From Chiloscyllium plagiosum (lineage: Eukaryota): a DNA stretch of 64,000 nt. Under the pieces are notes generated by a model. The model saw only the letters and a list, made by a program, of their open reading frames with translations, was not told the DNA's origin and ran no database searches. Location: contig NW_025215138.1 in NCBI RefSeq assembly GCF_004010195.1, positions 1 to 64,000 on the forward strand. The letters are read 5' to 3'. The translations under genes and the position numbers were made by a program. Positions 13,216-25,039 of the stretch are shown piece by piece (position 1 is the stretch's first letter; each line of letters opens with the position of its first letter).

Positions 13216-13389
13216 AGGGTGTAGGTTTGCTTGCTGAGCTGTAGGTTTGATATCCAGATGTTTCATTACCTGGCTAGGTAACATCATCAGTGGCGACCTC
13301 CAAGTGAAGTGAACCTGTTGTCTCCTGCTTTCTATTTATATCTTTCTCCTGGATGGGGTTCCTGGGGTTTGTGGTGACGTCATTTCCTG
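13216..13389 (-). mobile_element. Short Penelope-type insertion with 14-bp TSD, carrying a hammerhead motif
   Basis: Perfect direct repeat TTTCTGAACCCTTT at 13202-13215 and 13390-13403 interrupting the CR1; insert is unrelated to CR1. Confidence 0.82.
13254..13293 (-). ncRNA. Minimal type-I hammerhead ribozyme motif
   Basis: - strand CCA CUGAUGA U GUUACCU-AGCC-AGGUAAU GAAA CAUC UGG: stem I CCA/UGG, intact CUGANGA and GAAA cores, 7-bp stem II and a UC cleavage-site dinucleotide. Confidence 0.75.
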
Positions 13390-14419
13390 TTTCTGAACCC
13401 TTTCAAGTTTCACAACATCTTTCCAATAGCCCAAATCCTGTACTCAATACTCAATAAAAGAAAGCATATCAAGCACCTTCCTCACTATCCTATCTACCTG
13501 CGACTCCACTTTCAAGGAGCTATGAACCTGCATTCTAAGGTCTCTTTGTTCAGCAACACTCCCTAGGATCTTACCATTAAGTGTATAAGTCCTGCTAAGA
13601 TTTGCTTTCCCAAAATGCAGCACATCACATTTGTCTGAATTAAACTTCATCTGCCACTTCTCAGCCCATTGGCCCATCTGGTCAAGATCCTGTTGTAATT
13701 CTGAGGTAACCTTCTTCACTGTCCACTACACCTCCAATTTTGGTGTCATCTGCAAACTTACTAACTGTACCTCTTATGCTCGCATCCAAATCATTTATGT
13801 AAATGTCAAAAAGTAGAGGACCAGCACCGATCCTTGTAGCACTCCACTGGTCACAGGCCTCCAGTCTGACAAACAACACTCCACCACCACCCTCTGTCTT
13901 CCACCTTTGAGCCAGTTCTGTGTCCAAATGGCTAGTTCTCCCTGTATTCCATGAGATCTAACCCTGCTAATCAGTCTCCCTTGGGGGAGTCTTGTCGAAT
14001 GCTTTACTGAAGTCCATATAGGTCACATCCATCGCTCTACCCTCATCAATCCTCTTTGTTACTTCTTCAAAAAACTCAATCAAGTTAATGAGACATGATT
14101 TCCCATGCACAAAAAGGCAAATGCACTGTGTGTGCCTTGTAGAATCATAGAATTGCTTCCTGGTCAACATCTAAGGTGGCCTTGTCTCCTTTCATAGTAC
14201 CCAGACCTCCTGAAAAACATCTGGGTATTTAATTAGGATTTCAATCAGACAGCCATTTTCTAATTGAAAATTGTTGAGCCAATCAAGGAGAATCTTTCTC
14301 AACCAATTCTGCTCCAACAAGCTTGGACCTGAGCCTTTTACTACAGTCAATGGTAACTGCCCCAACTGATTCTCATAGGAGACTGGAACTGAAGTTGTAC
14401 CCTTAATATATAACGGTTC

Positions 14420-15430
14420 CCCAGTTAAAGGTTCTCAGTTTAGCTAAGATCTTGTGCAAACTTAAGGGTTGGAGTCCTGAGCGGATCTTGCTAAAGACTG
14501 GTTCTGCAACCACTCATACAGCTGTGCTGGTATCAACCTCCATGAGAACCAGGTGACTATTTAACCAGAAATTTATTTTGATTGGTTCTGATTTGAATGT
14601 TGCTCAGCAATTTAAGTGTTCTAAACCACTCGTATGTGGGCTTTTCAGGGTCTCCTGCATACCAGCCTATAAATTCTCTTAGTGAGGTCAGGCCTTGTTG
14701 GATTCCTTAGCGCTTTCGAGTTCGCACACTGGCATCAACTGCAATGGCTTGCAGGCCTGGATCCTGAAGAATATTTTAGCCATTTGACCGAGGCTTGCCT
14801 TTGTTATGGAGTTTTGCTGTGGGCTGGACTAAGGTCCCTCTGCTCAGGATGTTCCTTGAGTGAGGCTCTGTGATTGATGTTCCACAAATTCAGTTAGACT
14901 GTTGAGTGTGCCCACTTCCATCAGGATGCCCTGCAGCTCACATGGTCCACTTGCTGCATTGTCTAATGACAAAGCTAGTTGCAGAGCCTGTTTGAAGTCC
15001 AGTTGGGCTTCAGCTTTTGCATAGTTATGTCATTAATTCCACATACCAAACAGCCTCTCAGAATCTCATTCAGGATTAACGCAAAATTGCATGCCTCTGC
15101 CAGTTATCTTAATCCGGTCAAAAATCACAATACAGATTACCCTGGTTCTCACTCTACTGAATAAAACTGTTTGCATTTCCGAATGTGAGGAGGCTTGAGT
15201 TCATAATATTCCTTAACTAAATCCATCAACTCTTGAAAGGTTTTAGTATCTGGTGCCTCAAGAAAAGTTAAACTCCTAATAAACAAAAATGTTATGGACC
15301 TGCAAGCAGTCAGAAGAATTGGTCATTGTTTTTTCTCTGTCCTGATGTCATTTTTCCAGAAAAAAGTAGCATCTGGTTTTCACCTATTGGGCCCAGTCTT
15401 CAATAGCCAGATCAAACAGGTTGAGCTTCC
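14420..15430 (-). mobile_element. Gypsy-type LTR retrotransposon gag remnant
   Basis: - strand reads PDTKTFQELMDLVKEYY...LAEACNF...LVCGINDITMQK. The start is cut off by the CR1 at 15432-18431 and resumes at ~18432. Confidence 0.75.
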
Positions 15431-15431
15431 T

Positions 15432-18431
15432 AAATAGCAAAGATGATTCTCGATAGCAGTGAGAGAGGCAGGGTAATTGTCATGGGGGACTTCAACTATC
15501 CAAATATTGACTGGGATCACTATAGTACGAGTACTATAGATGGGTCAGTTTTTATCCAGTGTGTGCAGGAGGCCTTCCTGACACAGTATGTAGATAGGCC
15601 TACAAGGGGCAAAGCCACTTTAGATTTAGTACTGGGTAACAAGCCTGGCCAGGTGTTAGATTTGGAAGTAGGTGAGCACTTTGGAGACAGCAATCACAAT
15701 TCTGTCAGGTTTACTTTAGTGATGGAAAGGGATAGGTGTACTCCACCGAGCAAGAGTTATAGGTGGGGGAAGGGAAATTACGATGCAATTAGGAAAGATT
15801 TAGGAAGCGTAGAATGGGGAAGGAAATGCAGGGGATGAGCACATTAAAAATGTGGAGCTTATTCAAAGAAAAGCTCCTGTGTGTCCTAGATAAGTATGTA
15901 CCTGTCAGGCAGGGAGGAAGATATAGAACATGTGAGCCGTGGTTTACTCAGGAAGTGGAATCCCTGGTCGAGAAGAAGAAGAAGGCTTATGGTAGGGCAA
16001 AATGTGAAAACCCAGTTAGGGCGCTTCTGGGTTACAAGGAAGTCAGGAAAGATCTAAAAAGAGAGCTCAGAAGAGCTAGGAGGTTTCATGAGAAGTTGTT
16101 GGCGGATAGGATCAGGGTTAACCCTAAGGCTTTCCATAGGTTTGTCAGGAATAAAAGAATGATGAGAGTTAAATTGGGGCCAATCAAGGATAATAGTGGG
16201 AAGTTGTGTGTGGAGTCAGAGGAGATAGGGGAAGCACTAAATAAATATTTTTTGACAGTGTTCACTATAGAAAATGAAAATGTTGGTGAGGAAGATACAG
16301 AGATACTTGCATCTAGACTAGAAGAGATTGAGGTTCACAAGGAAGAGGTATTAGAAATACTGCAGAGTGTGAAAATAGACAAGTTCCCTGGGCCAGATGG
16401 GATCTATCCTAGGATCCTCTGGGAAGCAAGGGAAGAGTTTGCCAAGCCTTTGGCATTGATCTTCAAATCATCATTGTCTATAGGAAAAGTGCCTGAGGAC
16501 TGGAGGATAGCAAATGTGGTTCCCTTGTTCAAAAAGGGTAGTAGAGACACCCTGGTAATTACAGACCAGTGAGTCTCACTTCAGTTGTTGGTAAAGTGTT
16601 GGAAAAGGTTACAAGAGATAGGATTTATAACCATCTAGAAAAGAATGATCTGATCAGGGACAGTCTGCACGGTTTTGTGAAGGGTAGATCGTGCCTAACG
16701 AATCTTATTGAGTTTTTTGACAAAGTAACCAAACAGGTAGATGAGAGGAAACCGGTTGATGTGTATATGGATTTCAGCAAGGTGTTCGATAAGGTTCCCC
16801 ACATTAGGCAATTATACAAAATGCGGAGGAATGGGATTGTGGGAGACATTGCAGTTTGGATCAGTCATTGGCTTGCTGAAAGAAAACAGAGGGTTGTAGT
16901 TGATGGAACATGTTCATCTTGGTGTCCAGGTACTAGCGGCGTACCGCAAGGGTCGGTGTTGGGTCTACTGCTGTTCATCATTTTTATAAATGACCTGGAT
17001 GAGGGCTTAGAAAGGTGGCTTAGTAAATTTGCGGACAACACTAAGGTCGTTGGAGTTGTGGATAGTGATGAAGGATATAGTAGGTTGCAGAGAGACATAG
17101 ATAGGATGCAGAGCTGGGCTGAGAGGTGGCAAATGGAGTTTAATGTGGACAAGTGTGAGGTGATACACTTTGGCCGGAGTAATCAGAATGCAAAGTACTG
17201 GGCTAATGGTAGGATTCTTGGGAGTGCAGATGAGCAGAGAGATCTTGGTGTCCATGTACACAGATCCCTGAAAGTTGCCACCCAGATTTACAGGGTTGTT
17301 AAGAAGGCACACAGTGTTTTGGCCTTTATTAATAGAGGGATTGAGTTCTGGAACAGGAGGTTATGATGCAGCTGTACAAAGCTCTGGTACGGCCACACTT
17401 GGAGTATTGTGTGCAGTTCTGGTCGCCGCATTATAAGACAGATGTGGAAGCTTTGGAAAGGGTGCAGAGGAGATTTACTAGGATGTTGCCTGGTATGGAA
17501 GGAATGTCTTACGAGGAAAGGCTGAGGGCCTTGAGGCTGTTCTCGTTAGAGAGAAGAAGGTTGAGAGGTGACTTAATAGAGACATACAAGATAATCAGAG
17601 GGTTAGATAGGGAGAGCCTTTTTCCAAATATGGGGACGGCAAACACGAGGGGACACAACTTTAAAGTGAGGGGAGAGAAGTATAAGACAGATGTAAGAGG
17701 TAGTTTCTTTACTCAGAGAGTAGTAAAGGTATGGAATGCTTTGCCTGCATCGGTAGTAGATTTGCCAAGTTTAAGTGCATTTAAGTCNNNNNNNNNNNNN
17801 NNNNNNNNNNNNNNNNNNNNNNNNNNNNNNNNNNNNNNNNNNNNNNNNNNNNNNNNNNNNNNNNNNNNNNNNNNNNNNNNNNNNNNNNNNNNNNNNNNNN
17901 NNNNNNNNNNNNNNNNNNNNNNNNNNNNNNNNNNNNNNNNNNNNNNNNNNNNNNNNNNNNNNNNNNNNNNNNNNNNNNNNNNNNNNNNNNNNNNNNNNNN
18001 NNNNNNNNNNNNNNNNNNNNNNNNNNNNNNNNNNNNNNNNNNNNNNNNNNNNNNNNNNNNNNNNNNNNNNNNNNNNNNNNNNNNNNNNNNNNNNNNNNNN
18101 NNNNNNNNNNNNNNNNNNNNNNNNNNNNNNNNNNNNNNNNNNNNNNNNNNNNNNNNNNNNNNNNNNNNNNNNNNNNNNNNNNNNNNNNNNNNNNNNNNNN
18201 NNNNNNNNNNNNNNNNNNTTTACAGAGAGTAGTAAGGATATGGAATGCTTTGCCTGCAACGGTAGTAGATTCGCCAAGTTTAAGTGCATTTAAGTCGTCA
18301 TTGGACAGGCATATGGACGTATATGGAATAGTGTAGGTGGGATGGGCTTCAGATTAGTATGACAGGGTGGCACAACATCGAGGGCCGAAGGGCCTGTACT
18401 GCACTGTAATGTTCTATGCTCTATGTTCTAT
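15432..18431 (+). mobile_element. Relatively young CR1 LINE ORF2 (endonuclease, RT, tail), frameshifted, spanning the assembly gap
   Basis: ORFs 15443-17790: [47 protein letters not shown]; (ttctatg)n tail at ~18410-18431. Confidence 0.96.
17788..18218. other. Assembly gap (run of N)
   Basis: Direct reading of the sequence. Confidence 1.
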
Positions 18432-18514
18432 AAAGACATGATGTCAGAAATGCTTACCCCAACTCAAGCACAACCATTGTGAGCAAATTTTCTTCATGAA
18501 TGTATTATTTTCTC

Positions 18515-19530
18515 TCATCACCACCGAAATAATTACACTAAGGCCAATGTCCCATCAACAAGTTACCCTTTATCTACACAAGCACAGTGCATGGACTCTG
18601 ACCAGCTCGCTCAGTGCTAGTCCCTAGAGTGAGGAGACTCTGAGGCTCTAGTTTTTTTTCAGAGTGAACACAATATCTGACACTTCTGTTTATATTTTTT
18701 CTCACTTCCCCACACTACCGCCTAATACGGTAATACTTATTTTTCCCCTGCACCCATATCGCGTGTGTGTAGATGTAGGACACAGTGAAGAGACTCTTGT
18801 TTACTTTCTCCTTTTTAACATATGGAGATTCCTTGACACTGATCCAGCTCCCTCAGAGCCAGCTCTCAGGGTGAACAAACCCCTGACACTCCTATTTTTT
18901 TTCAGAGGCAGCTCTCAGAGTGAACAGGATGTCTGAGACTCATGTTTGTTTTACCCATGTTGTGTGTGCAGAGACCTTTTTTTTTCAGTAAACAATAAAA
19001 AGAAACAAAGTAAACTTTCCTTGATGCAAAGAAAGCACCAACAAAAATCAGTCTCCTCTTCTCTTCTCTTCTCTTGAAAGAGCAGAGACCTTCCCTTCAC
19101 TGGACCAGCTCCCTCAAGAGCCAGCTCTCAGAGTGAGCAGAACCCCACTCCTTTTGTTTTCATTACCCCACATTACCACCTTACTGCGGTAGTGCTTATT
19201 TTTCCCCTGCACCCATATCGTGTGTCTGTAGGTGTAGGACACAGTGAAGAGACTCTTGTTTTTTTTAACACATGGAGATTCCTTGACACGGATCCAGCTC
19301 CCTCAGAGCCAACTCTCAGAGTGAACAAACCCCTGACACTCCTGTTCTTTTTTTCAGAAGTAGCTCCCAGAGTGAACAGGATGTCTGAGACGCTTGTTTT
19401 TTTTAACCATGTTATGTGTGCAGAGACTCTTGTTTATATCTGTCTGCCAGACTCCCTGATTGGCGCAGGTTAATAGCCCCAACCAGGGATCTCATAATCA
19501 ATGTGATCCACCTGTCCAACCTTATACACC
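18515..19530 (-). mobile_element. LTR with PBS-like site and internal ~270-bp duplication; likely 5' LTR of the Gypsy gag at 14420-15430
   Basis: PBS-like TGGTGATGAG on the - strand at ~18513-18522. Shares gaaataatt...aggcca...cccatca, cttgacactgatccagct and tcagagtgaa with 46470-46710. Duplicated block at ~18700-18975 and ~19160-19435. Confidence 0.7.
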
Positions 19531-21294
19531 TTTTATCCAATCAGGTTGAAGAAGTTAGGCTTGTTCTCATGGACTAAGAGAGATTTAGGCAGATTTGATA
19601 TATTGGGGGACTCAAAAGGAAAAGCTGTTCCTGATAAATTGAAGATACAAAGTTTAACTCAGATTTAAGGATGTAGGGCAGGGGTGCAGGTTTTGTGTGG
19701 AAGAGCCACTCTATATTGTTAATGACCTGGAATTTACTGCTGTTAAGGGTATTGAAGTGCCAATGCTGAATAATTCATAAAGGAACCAGATGAATACTGG
19801 AGGGAAAGAACTTACGGGACTACATGGATAGATTGGGGAGTAATTGGATTACTCTACAGAGACTGGTATTCACTTGATGGGAAGAATGGTTTCCTGTGCT
19901 GTTTAGACTTGCTGACTTTGGATTGTAAACAACTCTCACCTTCCACTTTGTCAGAATTTGATTAGAAGTGGAGTGGGCAGAGAAGAAAATGTTTTTCAAA
20001 CAAATGTATGCAGACTTTCCTTTCTGTGTGAAACACAATGCTAAGTCAACATTCTCAGGATGTGGACATCATTGACTGGGCCAAGATTTATTGTACATTC
20101 CAACCTGAGGGTTAGTTCTGTTGCTAAGTCATTTTTGCAGTCTGGGGAAGGACAACTCAATTTCCTTTCATGATTTCAGCTTTTAATTTTTGGTTTATAT
20201 TTAAACTGAGTTCAAATTCTTAACCATTGTGAAGGAGTTTGAACCCAGTCTCTAGATTATTTATTGAGTAATGTATGCTCGATACTCCTGTATCCATTAT
20301 ATCCAGGTCCATTCTGAAGAAAGGTCTTGTCCTGAATCATTAACTCTCATAGTCCACAGAGTCATACAGCACAGAAACAGACCCTTTGGTCCAAGCAGTC
20401 CATGCCAACCACAGTTCCAAAATAATCTATCCCATTTAGCTGCATTGGCCTATATCCCTCTTAACCTTTCCTATTCAAAAGTCTTTTAAATGTTGTAACT
20501 GTACCTGCATCCACCACTTTCTCTGGCAGAGAGTATAAAGTAATGGGTACAATAAAGGTGCAGGAATAGAGAGCTGGGATATCTGTGCATTAGTCATTGA
20601 AAACATTAAAGAAAACAATATCCTGAGCTTTAATAATAGAGCTATAGAGTTAAGAATGGACAGGTGATGCTGATCTTGTATTAGACCTTCTTGGGAATGT
20701 TGTGCATATTGCTGGGTGACAGACTTTAGGGAGATCGAAATAATATTGAGGTGCAGAGAGATTAATTGGAAATAGTTTGATAAATGAGAAAATACAATTA
20801 CAAGGAGAGATTGGGGAGGTCAGGACTGGGTTCAACTCTGTTTCCCTCTGCACCGATGCCTAACCTGCTGATTTTCTCCAGCATCTTCTGGTTTTATACA
20901 TAGGACTTTGTTTTCTTTTAATTAATTTGTTGGATTGAAGAGTGGTGAGCCAATAATAAGTTTATAAATAACATTACTTTCTTCTTCTAGCTTCTCCCAA
21001 TTTGTTCAGAGACACCACACTGCTGATTGATCACCAGTGTTCTCCTCTTCCTGCCAGTCACTCATTTCTCTTCCAATCCCATTGTATTTTGTTCTCCAGC
21101 CACTGCCTCTTCCAATTGCTATTAGATCTTTCTCACTTGTTAACCTAAGTTTGAATTATGTTGATTTTAATTGGTTTGTTACAAGAAAGGCTTTAAAAAA
21201 GTGAACAGTGGAGATGAAGCTGATCAGTAAATTGAAATGATTGAGTCCAATTTATGAGTACCCAGGCAAGAATGGATCTTCCCCAGTTCTGGGG

Positions 21295-21520
21295 TCCTGA
21301 TGAAGGGCTTATGTCTGAAACGTCAATTCTCCTGCACCTCAGCTGGTGCCTGGCCAGCTGTGCTTTTCCAACACCACACTCTCGACTCTGAGGAAGTGTC
21401 ACTCGACCCATAGTGTTAACTCTGCTTTCTCTCCACAGATGCTGCCAGACCTGCTGAACTTTTCCAGCAATTTCTGTTTTTGTTTCTGATTTGCAGCATC
21501 TGCAGTTCTTTTGGTTTTTA
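21295..21520 (+). mobile_element. Two adjacent short Penelope-type fragments; the first has a hammerhead core
   Basis: CTGATGA A GGG-CTTATG-TCT GAAA CGTC at 21297-21324, followed by the shared ctcctgc...gcttttccaacaccacact tail. Second copy at ~21410-21520. Confidence 0.7.
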
Positions 21521-22651
21521 ATTGGAGCAGGTATTGTTTCGGGAAAGTCACTGAGCTATCAGGCAAAATCATGAAATGTTCGTGACACCAGGAAAAAACG
21601 CAGGCCATTGCGTTACATTGAATCACAGGAACAAAAAGTTAAAGATCTGTCTTCTCTCTTTATCACTTTTACCTCTAACCCATCGAGAGGAGAAAATGTC
21701 AACCACCCCACTTAGCACAGAATTGACAGAACTATTCTGAGAAAACCAATGTTTCAGCAATTAAATAACATCCTGTTTGCAAAGCAAACCACAGAAATTC
21801 AATGCTTTCTTTCCATCAACGTCTCTATACCAATTCAGAAAACATTGTCTTGATGTCGGGTTTCAGGAGCTGGAGAACAGGAGAGAATGGTCCTGTCTGC
21901 TCAGATTGGGCTCCCTCAACATTGATCAAAGATGTTTCCACAAACTAATGGGTTTGTACATACCAGAACCTATGCTGGAGAGCAGGGGCGGTTTATCAGA
22001 ATTGCTGTACTTGTATTGATCTTTCTGATGATAATTTGACAATAATTCTCTGAAGGGATTTCAAGAATCCGCCTAATTGTGTGAGGGTGGGATGAGATAG
22101 GTGATGAGTGAGATTACTCGGCATACTGACAGGAATTCATTGTAACCTCTCCAAACTTGACAATATAGAACCAACCAGATTTTCAAAAAAGCATTAAAAC
22201 AAACTTCTTACTGTTTCTTAGAATAATTGTATGATTACAGATAGAATGAGACTATTCAACCCATTGTATTTGTGCTGGCCATCTGCAAGTGTAACTCGCC
22301 TTGTGCCTTACCCTACATTGCCCCTCTAGGTGCCAGTCGCCAGTCCTGAATGCTTTTGTTACTGAATTGGGTCAAATTGAATTTGATTATGTTTCTGTGA
22401 ATGTTCTTGGAATGTTCTATCTGAGTGCTCAGAGCTTGAATGTTGTCCAAAAGTTGTTGCTCATTCACCTTTACTCTTGTGAGGTGGTACGTTACTCACA
22501 ATGATGAATCTGCTCTTATATAAATAACGGAGAGTTGAACATTAACAGACACAAACTTTCCAATTCATTCTGAGCCTGAACGGCAACTGCTGGAACTGCA
22601 TCTGACCACTAGATGGTGGGATAATCCACGTGATATAACACAACTACACGT

Positions 22652-22964
22652 TTAGATTAGATTACATTACAGTGTGGAAACAGGCCCTTCGGCCCAACAA
22701 GTCCACACCGACCCGCCGAAGCGCAACTCACCCACACCCCTACATTTACCCATTACCTAACACTACGGGCAATTTAGCATGGCCAATTCACCTGACCTGC
22801 ACATCTTTGGATTGTGGGAGGAAACCGGAGCACCCGGAGGAAACCCACACAGACACGGGGAGAATGTGCAAACTCCACACAGTCAGTCGCCTGAGGTGGG
22901 AATTGAACCCGGGTCTCAGGCGCTGTGAGGCAGCAGTGCTAACCACTGTGCCACCGTGCCGCCC
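22652..22964 (-). mobile_element. HE1-like V-SINE, young full-length copy
   Basis: - strand tRNA-like head GGGCGGCACGGTGGCACAGTGGTTAGCACTGCTGCCTCAC, B-box GGTTCAATTCC, V-core GGAGTTTGCACATTCTCCCCGTGTCTG...GGGTTTCCTCCGGGTGCTCCGG and (TCTAA)n tail. Confidence 0.93.
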
Positions 22965-22979
22965 AAAACTGATACCAAT

Positions 22980-23225
22980 TGTCACAGAGAATGAGAGAAA
23001 AAAAACCCTGGATTGTACAGAGAGTGAAAGAGACCAGCCCTACTTAAAGACAGCAAGAAAGACCCAGGACTGAACAGAGGCAATGTGGAAGACCTGGATA
23101 AGTAGAGACGGGGAGGGGGGAGGTGGGGTGGGTTGGAGGTGAAGAGAGAGAGAGAGCGAGAGAGAGAGAGATAGTAAGGAAGAAATGGGACTGTCCAGAG
23201 ACAGTGAGAGAATCCCAGGATTGAA
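22980..23225. repeat. Degenerate purine-rich tandem repeat with (GA)n tracts (continues at ~23650-23800 and ~24950-25030)
   Basis: Recurring agagacagtgagaga...cccagga(t/c)t units, split by two CR1 insertions. Confidence 0.55.
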
Positions 23226-23227
23226 AA

Positions 23228-23650
23228 GACCATAAGCCCTTCAAGCCTGCTCTACCATTCAATGGGATCATGGCTGTTCCAACATTCCTCACACCCACTT
23301 TCCTACCCTTGCATCAAAACCCTTGATCCCCCTATTGATCAAGAATCTACCTATCTCATCCTTAAATATACATAAGGCCCCTGCCCCCAAGCCTCTCTGT
23401 GGCAAGAAGTTCCAAAGTCTCAGATCCATCTGAGAGAAGAAATTCCTCCTCATCTCAGTCTTAGATTCGTGTCCTCTGGCCCATGATGGAGGGTCCGTTA
23501 AGAATCCTATATGTTTCAATGAGATCACCTCTCATTCATCTAAACTCTAAAATGGATCTCAACCTGTTCATCTTTGCTCATAAGGCAATCCCTTTCATAC
23601 TGGAGGATCACCCGAGTGAACCATCTCCAATGAAATGATATCTTGCCTTA
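23228..23650 (-). mobile_element. CR1 3' fragment
   Basis: - strand RGHESKTEMRRNFFSQ...LWNFLPQR. Confidence 0.85.
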
Positions 23651-23726
23651 AATAACAGAGACAGTGTGAGAGAGAGAGAGAGAGAGAGAGATCAGGACTA
23701 TAGAAATAGTAAGAGAGAACAAGGAC

Positions 23727-23759
<33 letters not shown>

Positions 23760-23799
23760 GAGCTATACAAAGACAGTAAGAGAGATATTGAACTGAGAC

Positions 23800-24950
23800 A
23801 GAACAAAGAACAAAGAGAACAAAGAAAATTTACAGCCCAGGAACAGGCCCTTCGGTCCTCCAAGCCTGTGCCGATCCAAATGTACTGTCTAAACCTATCA
23901 GTCAATTCCTAAGCATCTCTATCCCTCTGTTCCCCAACTACTCATGCATCTGTCCAGAAGCATCTTATATGAATCTATGGTGCCTGCCTCCACCACCTCT
24001 GCTGGCAATGCATTCCAAACGCCCACCACTCTCTGTGTGAAGTACTTGCCGCGCATATCCCCCTTAAACTTTCCACCTCTCACCTTGAAAGCATGACGTC
24101 TCGTTATTGAATCCTTCACCCTGGGAAAAAGCTTGTCTCTATCCACCCTGTCTATACCCTTCATGATTTTGTAAACCTCAATCAGGTACCCCCTCAATCT
24201 CCTTTTTTCTAATGAAAATAAACCTAATCTACTCAACCTCTCTTCATAGCAAGCACCTTCCATACCAGGCAATATCCTTGTAAACCTTCTCTGCACCCTC
24301 TCCAAAGCACCCACACCTTTTTGGTAATGTGGCAGCCAGAACTGTACACAATATTCCAAATGCGGCCAAACCAATGTCCTGTACAATTTTAACATGACTT
24401 GCCAGCTCTTATACACAATACCCCGTCCAATGAAGGCAAGCATACTATATACCTTCTTGACCATTCTATCCACCTGTGCAGCAACCTTCAGGCTACAATG
24501 GACCTGCACTCCCAGATCTCTCTGCCCAACAACTTTTCCCAAGGCTTTTCCATTCATTGTATAATTTGCTCTAGAATTAGTCTTGTCTAACTGCATCACC
24601 TCACATTTGTCTGGATTGAAATCCATCTGCCACTTTTTTGCCCAACTCTCCAGTCTATCTGTATCCTCCTATATTCTTTGACAATCCCTTATGCTTTCTG
24701 CTACTCCATCAATCTTCGTGTCATCTGCAAACTTGCTGATCAGACCAACAGTGCCCTCTTCCAGATCATTTATGTATATTACAAACAACAGTGGCCCCAA
24801 CACCGACCCTTGCGGAACACCACTGGTCACCTTTCTCCATTTCGAGAAACTCCCCTCAACTACTACTCTCTGTCTCCTGTTGCTCAACCAGTTCTCTATC
24901 CACCTAGCTCGAACACCCTGCACACCATGTGACTTCACTTTCTCCATTAG
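23800..24950 (-). mobile_element. CR1 LINE 3' half (RT)
   Basis: ORFs 24669-24947 ([16 protein letters not shown]) and 23919-24626; (ttctttg)n tail. Confidence 0.95.
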
Positions 24951-25039
24951 TCAGTAAGAGAGACCCAGGATTACACTGAGACAGAGATAAGAGAATCTCA
25001 GGATCGTAAACATACAGTGGGAGACACAAGTGAGCATGC

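Larger units (their letters stand above)
12730..14110 (-). mobile_element. CR1 LINE 3' half (RT and tail)
   Basis: - strand GKSCLINLIEFFEEVT...[39 protein letters not shown]. Confidence 0.93.
12039..14415. mobile_element. LTR-like element interrupted by a CR1
   Basis: Starts TGTTATGA like the solo LTRs at 53291 and 60798 and ends near ATAAC(G). No clear TSD; boundaries are approximate. Confidence 0.5.

Noticed and set aside
17363..18293. Long ORFs containing X runs
   Set aside because: Artefacts of translating through the N gap.
22890..22964. tRNA gene
   Set aside because: tRNA-derived SINE head (A/B boxes) followed by the V-core and tail; no full cloverleaf.
22672..23073. Similar 133-aa and 197-aa (49334-49927) ORFs suggesting a duplicated gene
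   Set aside because: Antisense readings of two young V-SINE copies.
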